Origin: Auanema rhodensis
Taxonomy: Eukaryota; Animalia; Nematoda
DNA length: 64,000 nucleotides
Assembly: GCA_964057225.1 (NCBI GenBank)
Contig: OZ059899.1
Coordinates: forward strand, 8,308,001-8,372,000
Direction of reading: 5' to 3'
The position numbers and the translations under genes are program-made. A model generated the notes under the pieces. The model worked only from the letters and a program-made list of their open reading frames with translations, was not told where the DNA came from and searched no databases. Positions 12,756-27,251 of the stretch are shown one piece after another. Numbering within the stretch: position 1 is the first letter of the stretch; every line of letters begins with the position of its first letter.

Positions 12756-15700
12756 GGCTCTCTGTTTATGTCTCTCTGCTACTTATTTCTCTCTTAAATT
12801 TTGAAAAACTCTTTCCTTTTTATTCCTTTTTTACAATATTGTCAACAATCCAAAATTATTTATTCAATTTGATATAAACACATAAAATGTTTATAATGAT
12901 ATATTAACGGAAGCATATCTATACCAGTTTATACAATTGTATTTTTTGACCAAATTATTTTGAAAAATAATTAAATAATCAGAAACTGAAAGATATGCAT
13001 GGATTATCAGATTATTAGAATGTTCAAAGTGGTGACAAGAAAAAAATAAATCATTTTAGCTGATCCATTTGATCAGAACAGGAATACTTGGAGCGCACAT
13101 CATCAATATTGCTCGAATTAGCAAGGCAAGTTGCTTCAGCATTTGTTTTAAATAAAGAAAAAATTATCAAGAATATTGCTTATTTTCATAAAAGTAACTG
13201 TAATCCATTCGCCTAACTATTCAGGAAAAAATCGAATTCGTTGTTTAACCGTCATACAGTAACGGAATCAGTCTTATGTTAGGAATGCCACATTTCCGAT
13301 TTTTCCTGATTTTCAAGTTATCAGTTGAATTATTATTTTCCTTTTGAAAACCCAGAACATGATGATGAGACTGCATCAGTAGCTAAAACATCTCATGTTT
13401 TTCTCCCCGCTCCATTCCAAACACTAGAATAAGTTGGTAAATTTTTTTTCTTTTTTTTCCCTAAAGTTGTGGCAACTTGATTGATGTGCAATCGAATCAA
13501 CTTATCAATATATGAATAGTCACAGGATACAAATTAAGATCATTTTCCAACTTCAGGTTTTCAATACAATTAGTCAATTTTACAGAATATTATATAAGTA
13601 TTATTTAAATTTATTATCATCATTTATAAATGATATTGAATACCATAACGAATATCCAAACAACGAGTCTGTATATCCGTGCTGTGCTACAATCCACCAA
13701 ACCCCCCCCCCATCCTACAACACACTTCGAGTCTCCTTTTGAAATGATCTTATCGTTTTTTCGACGACAAAATAGAACAAGCTTCTCCTAAACACTGAAA
13801 GCATCAGTTTCGAAAATTTAATGAAATGATGGAAAATTATCATTCGATTTACACGTTTTTCATTATAAATATATATTTTTTGTTTTTATTTAACAGCTTC
13901 TAATCGAAAAGCTTTTTCCCCGTCATACTTTTATCAGAAAAATTAACCTAAATACTAAAATTGTACTTTGTTTTCTATTAGAAGAAAAGCGATTGCGATA
14001 ACAATTTGTTGAAATTTTACTGTTACAATCAATTAAGAATATTTGATAAATGATTATGAATTTAATTGGAATGAACGGCCGTGATTAGATATTAAATTTT
14101 ATCATTCAAGTTATCTTACTTCAAAGCTTTTTTTGGCATTTTTCTCGCATAAGGCTTGGTTTTCACTAAAATAGTTGGACAGTTTGATTTAGTAGTTGTA
14201 CTTCTTCCTGCTTTTTTATAAAAAAATTTAAATTTTCATAGAGTTTCCTATTTGTTGCATTTAGAACTTAATCATATTAGCTTCACGTACGTAAAGACAC
14301 GTTATGAATTCTCCGCTACATTTTCCAACTTTAATCGCCTCTGCACGGTCTATTCTTTATATTTCTCTCTGTCTCCTCATATATTTTTTTCTTATTCTTT
14401 CAGAAAAATTCTTTTTCTCTCAATTTCCCTTTGAAAATCCTTTCTTTTCATCGTTTTTCCCTCCTCAATTGACAAAAATCAGACGCACGGCAAGCAGTAG
14501 TAGCACCAGCCGGTATGCAAATAATCATCAACCAAGCCAAGCTGCTGTTTCTCTATTCCACTCACCCTAGTTCATCATCTTTCACCTTCATCATCATCTA
14601 ACTATTCCTCACTCTTCATTCATCTCTCACATTTTTTCGTTTTTCTTTCTGCTACTCATAGCTAGCCCTTGCAATACTCCCGCATGACATTGTGCCTTTT
14701 CGACTTCTTTCCATCTCTTCTACTCAGCACCATTCTGTACCTAACCTTTTGATCTTCTATTGCTGTTCCACTCTCTACTTTTTCCAAACTAACTATCCAC
14801 CAGTCTTTCCCACCTTCTGATGCTGATCATTATAATATTAGCAGCATCTCTCTCCACAGCCATGTAACCACCCCCCCCCCCCAATATCTAATCTCTCTCT
14901 CCTCATTATATCAGATCCGAATTTCTTACTGCTTTTTTAGTGAAACATTGAATGTATGTATGCTATCTTAATATATATATATATATATACATAATGCGTC
15001 TATAATTTTATGTTTATTGTAAGACTCTTTCATCATCTCAACTAACTTTTCTTCCGATTTCATTACTACTCATCTCTCTTTACTTGTCCGTCATCCATTT
15101 TTTCTGCCATTCTACAATACAAATATAATATATTGTTCTTTTCTTCATTGTTATTGTTATTTTCAAATACTTTTTATGAGCTTAATCTAAATCAGTATTT
15201 AAGAAAGTATATAAATATAAATGAATTGTAAGATGCACCATATTTTGCCAATACATTCCTTGTGAAAGTCGTAAAAGAATTCGTCCCAAAACCCATTTCT
15301 TTTCTTAAATAATTTGAAACATTCAAAGATCGTTTGAAAATGTCTTTAATTAGCTTTTTTAAGCGTTTTGATTGACTCGGAAACAAGCTGGCGCCGAAAT
15401 TATTAGATGAAGAGAGGATTTTCATCTCTTTTCTCTATCTATAACACTTATATCTGTATGTATGCATATAATATAAAACTGTTTTCTCAAAATGATCAAT
15501 TATATTGAAAATGCTACAAAAAATTAAAATAAAAATAAATTTTTATTCATATTTACTCTGCAAAAACTTTTGTTCTCCAATATTATTTTGATCAAGTTCA
15601 GAGAATTGAACTATACGTGCACATGCAAAGCTGATTTTTCTCTAATTAGTTGTTAATTTTCCAAAAACAATTTTATTTAGTTATTTTTTTTAAATTTTGA

Positions 15701-18700
15701 GTTTTGCCGCACTTAGTAATTAGTTGTTCAATCGTGATTCTCTATTTTTTCTTGTTTCGGATAATATTATATTTGATGAAACTGCTGAATAAATAATCAA
15801 CAACATTGAATAATTGTTTGAAAAAAAGAACGAATTATTAGTTTATCATATTCCCATCAGCTTCATTTTATATAAAAATTAAAATTTTTGGAAGGGGGTA
15901 CGTAACCAACGTATATGAGAAAATTGTAGATAGCGAAGCTGCATAAGCTAATTAAACTAATTAATAATCATAGCTTGAGGCTATGATTCTATCATGTTAA
16001 CTTAATAACTTGCACTTTCAACACTGTACGTAAAAGGACAAGTTCCAGATGCATTTGTATCTAACGGCTTCGTCTGTATTTTAACTGTCTCAAGTGCAAA
16101 TTCCAGTTCTATTCCATTTTAATGCCCCCTTGATCATCCGTTTTTAATATCCGAAAACATACCATCTTATATGAATATTTTAAATTTTTACTTTTTTTTG
16201 ATCATATGTTTAATAATAATTATATTTAATTTATATGTATATTTTACTATGTAACCAGTTTCATCGTACAGTATGTCGAAGCTTCTGATAGAACTTTTCT
16301 TTCGAAAACGTGTTGTGGTCATGAAAGTCGAAAAATCTTAAAGAATTTAATAGATCGGGAAAAAAAGACAAAACGGTACGTAACTATAAAATCCAATTGG
16401 AATTAAACGTTTTTCCGCATTTCAAACTTCTTGCTTAGGGTACTCATAGATTACAATTATAGTTTCAACAAATTCCAAAATTTAAACTAATATCATATAT
16501 AAATATTTAAGAAAATAAGTATAAATAATTCCTCTTTTTTTATTTATTATATGATATGTAATTTAAACAATTTGCATATTCACTTGAGAGTGCACGTGAA
16601 AACTCACGTGTGTTGCATGGCAACCCTCTCAATTGAGCTTTTTTTTCTTTTCGGAACGGTTGTGTGTATGAGAGAGATCCACCATTTTTAATTTTTTTTC
16701 ACAAATTTTCGGATTATTTTTCAAATCTTTAACGTTGTTTTCATTGGCATAAAGCGTTTTTTATTTGTTCTTCCTTTCGATCTATTATGATCAAATTTTA
16801 ATGAAAAAAAATCTTTTTTTTTTTAATACATAATTCAAAATCAATTATTAGCTATGGCCTTCATTAAGCTCACATTAACAATCATTTCTTCATATTTTGT
16901 TATGCTTATCAATTCATCAATTTTTTCCTTCAATTTATCAATTATAATCAGTATATTCACATTAATATACATATCTTCTCAGTTCATAATATAAACTATT
17001 TTATGCAGAAAATCAAAAAAATAATTGAATATACAATTTTTAAAATTTTTGTATCATTTTGAGCAATCAAAATTAAACTAATGTTCAGCTTTGTCATCAC
17101 ATCATTCATGCTTATTTCATGTGTATATGTTATATACATATGTATATCTATATCTATATATACTATTTATAATATATACTATATATTATGTAATCTATGA
17201 ATTCTCTTTTCATATCGTTTCATCTATTCGTTTCAATTTTATTTAAGTTCAAATAATTAATTTGTTTATTTATTCAATTATTAAATATTTTTCCTTTATT
17301 TGTGTTTATAGTCATCTAATAACAATTTATTTTGACCATTTTTCACGATTTTCCTGCTTTCATTTCTCATTTTCTATCTATACACTAACTTTCTGCCATC
17401 TAGTTGACAGGAACTCTAGACTATACAGGCTTGATCAAATTACCAAGCAAACAATTTCACTTAGCCGACAATTCAAGAAAATAAAAAGAATAGAAAAAAT
17501 TCTATTTCTTTTTCAAAAAGTTAAATTTTGTAATTTTATGTACCATACTGTGCTTAGTCATGAATTGTGATTCAGAACTATGTATAGAGTAATGACAATT
17601 ATTCACGAAAATATAAACTATGCATAATATAAGCTATTATTTTCGAATCCAAATTACGGTTCTAAATTATTTTGCAATGTCCACCATCATCATCAAATGT
17701 ATACATCTATCTTTTACCCCCCCCCCACCCCTCTTCTTTCTGTCTCTCTCTTTTGCTGTCTGAATCTTCAAACTTAATACTACAATAGTTGATTTAAATT
17801 AGTATTTCTTATTGTAAATCGATGTTTTGAACTTTTAAAAGAGAAAAAACTACTTACAAAGTCTTTCCTTTTTCTAACATCTTCAAGTCATTTTCTTAAT
17901 AGAACAATAGGTATTTATTCGTTTCGCTAGCAAACATACCATCATGGGTTCTTCAGACACCCACAATTTCTCTTACCAACATCAACGTTATCGTCGTCGT
18001 CACTGACGTCTTTGCCGTTAACGTTGGCATCGATGCTTGTGTCTTTAACTCTTTCAATTCTGTCTTCTAATTCCATTATAGATAGTTTTAATTATGTCAT
18101 TATGTTAAATTATAATAATTTTTTACGTAACAACGCACAATATCGTTAACTAATTTTGAAAGAAATTATTTTTTTGCTCAACATTCTGATATTTCTATAC
18201 AATTTGTATTTGATTTTATGTGTTCTTATTTGACTACTCAAAACGACAAGAAAATCAACTGTAACAACATTTCTTGGTAAAAATTTTTGACTATTCAACT
18301 CTTTTATGAATATGAATAGCAAATTTTAAATAAATATTCTTCTAACATATCATAAACTGACGTCAACTTTATATTGTCGGGAACGAAGCACGAAGTCTAT
18401 TTGATATTCGAAAGTTTACATAAAATTTTCTTTTCTCGCTCTACTCTGGTTCTTTTATAATCGACCGAGACCGAGATGTTCATGTATTCTTCTTCTGTAG
18501 AACACGACGACGTCAACGAGGACGATGATGGCGACAGACGACGTCGTGTATCTTCTCGTTTAGTTATGACTCTAGTAGTATGCTTATTTAACATTACTCA
18601 TTCAGTTTATTTACTTGTTTATAATAAGGAGAGATTGAGAGAGTATAACAAGAAGTATCTTCTTCATTTTATTATTATATTGATTTTACATATTAGTTTT

Positions 18701-21700
18701 CATGAAGATATTATCTAATAGTTTGTTGAATCGAAGGCCTAAAAACTGAGAAAAATATGAAATGCTTCTTAGGCTTGACTTTTCCCTCCTACCTCATCAT
18801 CTAACGTTCTGACTCTTTCCATTGACTGTCAGCCAATATTCGCTCGGTATATGAGCTGAAAACCGGTCATAGAGAAAACGAGGGATTGAAAGAGTACGAG
18901 AGAGAGCGAGACAGATAGAGAGAGAAAAGGAACGAATTTAGAAGAAATATACATACAAAGAGAGGTGTTGGTTGGGGGAGTGGTGCTACAGACTTGCCGT
19001 CAGAGTAAATTCATCGGCACAGGAAATGCAGAGTATGAAATACTGAGAGAAAGAGAAAGATAGAGAGTGGCAGATAGAGAGAAACTAAGAGAAGCGAGTG
19101 AACGAATGAGAAAAAAACGGCTGACAGGCTCTATGCTTTAACTTAGTTGGATCGAATATAGATTTTTCGTTCTCTAATTGTTTCGACGTCACGATTTCTG
19201 ACCTCCTATGCATATATATATGCTACTTTAAATATTCATAATCATATTTCAGTTATTTCTTAGTAATTTACTGTAATATTTCATTTTTAAGAAAACATTT
19301 TAATCTTCTTAGCATATTTCTCTGACTATATGTTATGAAAACGGAGGATGAAAGGAAATCAAAGACAGATTGAACCTTCAGAAAATTGTTTATTCCTAGG
19401 CAATCTGCCAAAAAAAGCGTATACTATATATACATATGTATATAATAATTTATTCTTTTTTTTCTTCATTCAATCATCCTAACCGTTCTCTTCATAACAT
19501 ATTATATGATTTTTCTAGTCAACAAACTATTCACGCTTTTCAATCTTTATTGATTTCTAATTCTACACATATGTATATGTATATATACATAATATGTATA
19601 TATGTATATGTATAATACATTATACGTATTCTTTATTATATAGAATATATATATAGATAGATATAGATAGATAGATAGATATATTTGTATCTTTTTTTCA
19701 ACAAACAACAATCAAATGAACTATGAAAGCATAACTACTTATCCCTCCCTTATCATAGTTCATTCTATAGTTTCTAGATTATTTCTTTTTTTAATTGACC
19801 AATATATCTGAAAGATTAAATAACAAAGCTGAAAATTACCTAGATTATTGAAACCAACATTAATAGTATACACAAAGAAGATGAAAGTTCAGAATATTTC
19901 AACGTCATAAACGCTTATTTGTGATGTATTAGTGATAGATGGTAATTTGATAAAATTTGAGGTCATAATCACGAATACTTTTGAAAATGAACATTGCATT
20001 TTCTTTCAAAAAAGAAAAGAAAAGAAAAATCAAATACGATAGACAACTTATTTGGACACATTCATACATACATCACTCCCTGTTTGGGTATTTATCCCAT
20101 TTTCTAAACAATCTTTTCTCGTATCATACAGTTTGAGCTCATTCTTCACGACTTTTTCAATAAAAATCGCCGCAAAAAAAAACGTTTTTTCCGTCAACTT
20201 CACCGTCCACACTCTCCACTTGTCGATTCTTCAGCTGATCCGGTCTATTAAATAAATCCAAATATACGTTATTGCTCTTCTGTCCTTGCAAATAATTGAT
20301 TGCTATCTTAATCAGGAGTTAAATCTTTTATGAATTTGCCAACATACCGTTTCCTTTTTTTCTCTCATTTCTCTTTTCAATTCACCTTTTTTGAAATTTT
20401 AATCAATATGCTGCTGTAACTTTTCAAAAATCTATCATCTTGCCCTAGATAATTTCTAAATTCATTATTATTACTGTGATTTCGACTGTTTCACACAGTT
20501 CTTGCATCATTAATATAAAGAACATTCTGTTAAATAAGTTATAGAAATATAGATAAAATTGAAGGTATAATCAATTACAATATATCTCAATTATAAATCT
20601 TTTTTTAATTAATTATATTAACTATTACGTTGAAACTAACATATTTTTATATTTATTTAACTCCATTCTTTTATTCTATGGTTTTCAGTTAGTTTTCATT
20701 TCTTGTTTCATTCGGTTTACTTCCCCTTTTTTTCTCTTTTACATTTTTATATATTCGTCTCAGTCTGCTCTCTCCCTCTCTCTTCATGTGTGTGTTAAGT
20801 ATTTTCATACCTTTTCCTTCAATTTTAATATTACTTTTCTGTGGGGGGCCAAATGTCAGGTCTGATAAGCAAAAAAGGCAAATTGAATAGCTAAATTTTC
20901 AATTCGTTCATTCATTTCTTTGTGTTTCTTTTATAAACCTATTTGACATCGCATATGCATATCACATTCTTGGACTGTAAAACAAACTGATAAATTTGAA
21001 TAGATCATAAGAATAATTAAATTATTTTTATAGTTAAATAATCTTTCAAATTATTATTAATTTTTTTACCAATTATAATGAATTACAATTCTGAGATGTT
21101 TTTGATGGAATTACAGAAGATGATGATGATGATGATGATGGAGTAAGATGATAATGAGTTTGAGCTGTTTATCTTCGACAACACGCAAAGACTGATTGTA
21201 GAGGAAGAAAGAAGGAGAAGATGAGGAGGTTGTTTAAGCAAATAGCTTAAGCAAAAATGACGTTGAGTATCTAGAATATAGCTGGTATCTTTCTTCATTT
21301 TCCTCATTTTTTGAAGATTTTTAATTCTTCAATTGAATACAGATATTCACTTTCTTGATAGCAATCGTTACATTAAATTGCTATTTGAAAGTCATCTCAT
21401 CGAAAGCTATATAAAAATGTTTTTGATTACTATGCGAAGACATTTCTTTTTGAAACATTAAATATATATGTATATATATTTAATGAATAACTTGTGTATA
21501 TTTCCGTCTGAATTTCATAATGTTATAGCCATTGGGTTACATTTTTCTTTCAACCGATTAATTTTTAAACGTATTCATAACTGAATTAAGTTATTATGAA
21601 TTTATTAATACTTCCGGTTTTTTATTTATTAATAATTATTCTTTTCAATTTACAGTCTACCTGACTAAATTGATGTTCTAGGTGTCCATATAAATTAGAA

Positions 21701-24700
21701 AACTGTGCAAAACTTCGAGTCTGAGTAAACATTTTGCATTTTCTATCTAATATATGAATGAATAAAATAGGGGGGGGGGGTTGTTTGTTCTTATCTAAAC
21801 ATGTTGAATACTGATTAAAACTTGTCTTCAATATATGTTATTGAAGTTATTTTCTGTGGCTTTTTAACCCACAAATGCAAAATTATTTATTTGTAATTAG
21901 AATAGTTTTTATATTCCATAATAACATCATCTAATCTCTAGCAGTCTTTTAATCTTGTTCTCTCTTCTTTTCCGTTCTTTTTCCCGGTGAATTCAACTGT
22001 TCAAAAAGCTATTTCATTTGCCTATTTTAATTTGTTCATACGTTGAACTATTTTCATTGATATCATCAGTTTATCTGCGAAAAAAATTCATTATTTATTT
22101 AATTGATTTTTCAAAAATTATATAAAAATATATATTTATATACATATATGTATATAAAGAACATTTTATAGAAGAGATAGGAAAATAGATGTAAGAGAGA
22201 AAATTAAAATATTTTTCAGAATATAAAAATTACTCGTTTTCACTTTAAACTTTAAACTTAATGACATTATTGTCAAACATTATAACAATATGTATATATA
22301 AATATTTATATAACTAGAATATATATACTATATACTATATATATTTCTATATTTCTATATTATATATATAACTATATATATATATATATATATATATTCA
22401 TTTATTACTTAATTACTTAATTAGTTAAATAATATTTATATTTAGGATAACATTATAAAGTTTTGATTTAATGTATGTGTGTGCAAATGATGAATTATAT
22501 AAACACAGAAGAGGTAGGAAATTAACTCTCAATGCATTTTTGAATTTGTTTTATCAAGATATTGTGGCCGAAGTTTGAAAATAAAAAAATCTGAACAAAT
22601 ACATGACTATATGGACCAGACTGATTAAAATTCTTCAAACTAAGCTGAAGGTTTCTCTATTAGTCGTGTATACTCATCAGCATTTTGCTTTCAAACTTTA
22701 ATACTACTATTGATTAATAATAAAACTTTCGCGTTATTTTAACACAATTTTCGAATATAATTTAAGGTAATTTACAAAATTTATGTAGATTGGAATGCTC
22801 ATATCTAAATCATTCTTATTTTCGTTTCTGTTTCATCGACTTCTCTTCTATTACCTCATTGTTTCTTTTTTTTTGTTTCTTTCATTCGACTCTATCTCTC
22901 TCTCTTTCTCTCTCTTCCTGGTTTTCTCTTCCCGGTTTGTTCTTTTCTTTCTTTTCCTCCATTTTTCCGCAATAATGATTTTAAATCATTATCACTTTAT
23001 CACCTTTCCACTTTATACTTTATATGGTCTAATGTACATATGCATACATTTATATTTTTGAATAAGCTCAGATTATATTTTTTTTTAATTTATTTTTAAA
23101 CCATGTATATTATGTTTAAAATAATAATGAGAAAGTTTGAATCATATATGATATGAGAATCATATATCGATTTCTGTTGAATGGCTCTTTGTAATTTGAA
23201 TACACCAACAGACAGGCCCCCCTTTTTTGAATTTCTGGAGTCTTTCACCCGCTCTTCTTCCACGTCGACCTTCTAGTCTCGATCATTATCACACACATAC
23301 ACATGTACACATACACACAGAAAAAATTTGCTTTTTTTTAATTTGAATCAAATATATTTCGTTTCGCAGTTTAATCAGAATAATCTTTGTTGATTTCAGC
23401 ATTTTTTTTATTGATGAGGCATTTGTAGGAAATCTTGATATCTCTATTATCTAACTTACACAAAACTTTTATGATATGGTTTATGTAAAACGAAATAAGA
23501 ACATTCAATGAATAATCTGAATAGGCTGACTGATATTTATAAGTTTTCGTATTTTAGTTGTAGTTGTCTTGCATTCTTCAGTGAATTCTGTGCTCATAAG
23601 AAGAGAGAGAGATGCTTTAAACATAAGAGAATGAAAATTCCATCAACCTTTCTCCAAATTTTCCGGCTATTTGGATTGATTTGCATAAGTGAAAGAGCTA
23701 TTCTTTTATTTTATATGAGCTATATATGCACCTTCTCTTATTCTAACATTTACCTTGTCCATTTGGAAATAGAAGAAAAACGATGCTCCTCACTCTGATT
23801 CTCTCTCTCTTTTCAGGTTTCTAATTTAGCGTTAATTTCTCTCTTTTCTCTCTTCGTCTCTCTCTCTTTCTCCCATAAACATTTATTTTCATTGCTTACT
23901 ACTTTCAACTTCTTTTTACTTCTCCGGCTTCTTCCTGATATCACAAGTTTCTTCTGGTTTTGTGTCTCATTATTGTTCTTATTGCTTCAGACACGTTAGA
24001 GCAGCATATTATCACTAGCTTAACGCACTGAAAGATGTTCGCATTCAACGACCATGCTATTTTTTTTTCTTTTTCTAATTTTGAACTAACAAAAATTAGT
24101 TTGTCTCACATTTTTGGAAAATAGTTATGTTGAAATAAGTCAAAATTACTACAATAGGTTATCTTATCAATGTTCAGTTTCAATTATTCCAATTTTTAAT
24201 TTCCAAAAATCAAAATTCAAAAGAAAAAGTTTATTGATAGGTTATGTAAGAAGAATAATCAAAAATAATAGAATAGCCAAATGTGAGAAAGATAAAGTAA
24301 ATGTTATAGAATGAATTAAGATAATACATGTCGAAGTCTTCTTCATCAAACAGTACAATGTGAAAATTCTTCTTCTTTTTTTTTTGAATTGTGAGATTAA
24401 TTTAGAGAAGAATCTTGATTTTCGATACAAAGATATATATTACGATATGAATGTATTTTATCTTATAACATTAGCTTTCTTTCTCATTCTTTGCTTCGTC
24501 TTCATCTTACAATTTGCTTTTGCAACCTCATCAATCCTACATAAAACCATCAGCTGTTTTCAATCAGCCATTTGCATGATAGAAACCTACTGATTTTAGA
24601 ATCATCACATATACTGATGAAGAATTTGTGTGAGAGAAAGAGAAAGAGAGAGAGTCAGAAAAGAAGAATGAACAAATGCACAAAAACCAGAACCTTTTCG

Positions 24701-27119
24701 TCTTCATCTTTTCATTTTCACTTTTTTTTCTTCTATGAAGGATCCACATAATGACTAGGCTATTTTTTCGCAATCAGTTGGCCAATTTTCATTTCATTTG
24801 GTGCCGGGCACCACCTGATCCAACAGCCGTCTCTTTTCTGCCTACATTATGCCTTCAGGCAATTTTCTGCTGTCTTCTTCCAGTTAGCTTGTTCGGTTAA
24901 CTTCCTTAAGTTTCCCTTGATTTCAAAATACGGCTATGAGATGAGCTTGGATAGGCTCAAAATGCCAGACGTACCAACAATGGATTTGAAAATATACAAC
25001 GTTCAGCAATTTGCATTGTGTTTGTCTATACAACACTGTTGTTCTTATACAGATACAATACAGTTTCAAAGAAATCATATTTGGTCTAATTGATCTTAGT
25101 TCTACTCTCAAGCTGCTTATCGCCTTCGTTATATCCATCATTCTAAAATACAAAAACAGCTTCAATTCCTCTTTTTTTTATAAAAACTAAAACATTTGCA
25201 TTGCATAAACATAAAACAAAGTTTTCCACAATCGGGATGAGATAACAACTTTAAGAAAATCATTTGAAATGTGAATGAGTGTTAATAGGACTATTCATGT
25301 CCATTCATGAAAGAGTATTGGACAAATTTACATGTTCGACAACACGGTTCTCTCTTTACCGTCAACTCCAATCTACTGATTATCAATTGTATGAAAACTT
25401 CTGTTATCATCTCGAGTTTCCAACAAACAGCTTGTAAATAATTTCCTTATATATGATCAAACAGTATTATGCAAAAAAAAATTTCCTGTTCCATTTCCTT
25501 CTACCCGATTGTAAGCCGAATGTTTTCATAACATGACGGATCATCTTATAACAGTAGAGTACTAAACAGACTTTCTTAAATAATTTTAAAAACATTAACA
25601 ATGAAATACATTAATCTATTTTGTCAAAAACACAATTTAACAAATTAGATGAGCAAAAAAATTTATCAATTGACCTACACAAACTACATTTGCGCCTGAT
25701 ATTCTTTAGCTCAAACTATAATTAACCTGATTATGTGTAAGAAAAGAAAATTAAACAGCTTGCTGTTTTTTCATTTAAGAATTACGACATTAGTTCGTTT
25801 AGTAATAAACTGATAAACTAAGCCTAACTAAATTAACATGGTTTTTTTTTTTCAAAAGATAGAATTATTAGAATTTTTTACATAAACTCTAATTGCCAGA
25901 AATATATTGTTGAACCTCTATTTCTCTCTCTCTCTTTCCCTCTTTCTCTCTTTCTCCTTTCTCTCACACACACATTCCTTTTTTTCCTAACTCCTAACCA
26001 AAGGCGAATGAAATGCATACTGCCAACAAGTTCTCTGATGGCTATTGGTCGAATGTCATTTAGTAAGATTAATTCTCAGATAGCAAAGTTGGCACTTTTA
26101 TTTTTCTTTTTTTACTATCACGATTAAAGTTTTACCTCGGATGTTCTATTGACCCACGTTGTTCCGTTTTTAAAATTCTTCTGATCTTTACATAAGCTTC
26201 AATATTTAGCTCAATTAGTCTCGAGTTCAAAAATCAAAACCGTTATTCCTTCTATGTGCATACCTTTCATTCGATTTTTTAATCAATCACTTTATCGCTT
26301 GATTTATTAATTTTAAATATAATTAATTGAAATATAATATGTGTATATAAATACATTTTTTTCACACTTCGCCTAATGAAACGAGTACGGCTGTTTCCAC
26401 TCATCCTGCTCCCAGCCAAAGTTTTTCGGAATCTTTAACGCTATCTAACAATTTTCGATCAACTTTACCTTGATGTTATCTTTTTTCCTTTTGCATGCAA
26501 TATTGAGCTTTTCTTACCTTCTTATATACATAATATTAATATGAATTTCTTGTATAGTTTTATTTAGTTTTAATATTCATAATAAGTTTTTCAAAATCAT
26601 TAAGTCAAATGCGTGCAATACGTGAACTTTATTATTGAAATTAATGCCAACGCAATGCTGTTGGTTATATGATATAACCATTTAGTGTAGGGCAAGATCA
26701 GTGAGCGGTTGTATGCACATCAATCATTTGACAATATTTTTCATTTTTCTATTAGATTCCTATATGTTGTTTGAATTTTTTTCCGTTAGATCAATGTATT
26801 TGCATGAATCAAGTTTTAAAATTAGAATTTTAAAAGAAAAAAGTAAAGATGGTCCTAGTTGTACTCATTCACTGTCAGAGAAAAATGAATTGTGATATTC
26901 AAGATGAAAGACGTGAATTGAGAAAGCACAACTGCTTGGTGGACGTTTATCTGTTATCAATTCATTTCGCCGACCATATGCATATATTTATATATTTGTC
27001 TCTCTTTGTATGTTTATTTAATCGATGTTTTGTCAGCTATCGAGGAAATCAGACGGGGAAAATGAAGAGAGACTGTAGAAAAAAAGTGAAATTGAAATCA
27101 AAAGAAGTGGGGAGAGGAG

Positions 27120-27251
27120 GAAAGAGAGTCTGAAAGAGAGACTGAAAGAGAGACTGAAAGAGAGACTGAAAAAGAGTCTGAAAGAGAGACGGAAATAGAG
27201 ACTGAAAGAGAGACTGAAAGAGAGTCTGAAAGAGAGATTGAAAGAGAGAAT
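27120..27251. repeat. 12-bp minisatellite (GAAAGAGAGACT) x ~11
   Basis: Eleven consecutive units, each with 0-2 substitutions. Explains the spurious QSLF-repeat ORF at 27049-27303. Confidence 0.95.

Noticed and set aside
12653-21780. C/G homopolymer tracts (~12653, ~13702, ~14871, ~17717, ~21770)
   Set aside because: Only ~9-12 nt long, too short for a three-tier intramolecular G-quadruplex; common in nematode intergenic DNA.
27120-27251. Repeat array considered as CRISPR-like or coding (ERET/QSLF repeats)
   Set aside because: No spacers, eukaryotic context, and no start or splice support for coding.
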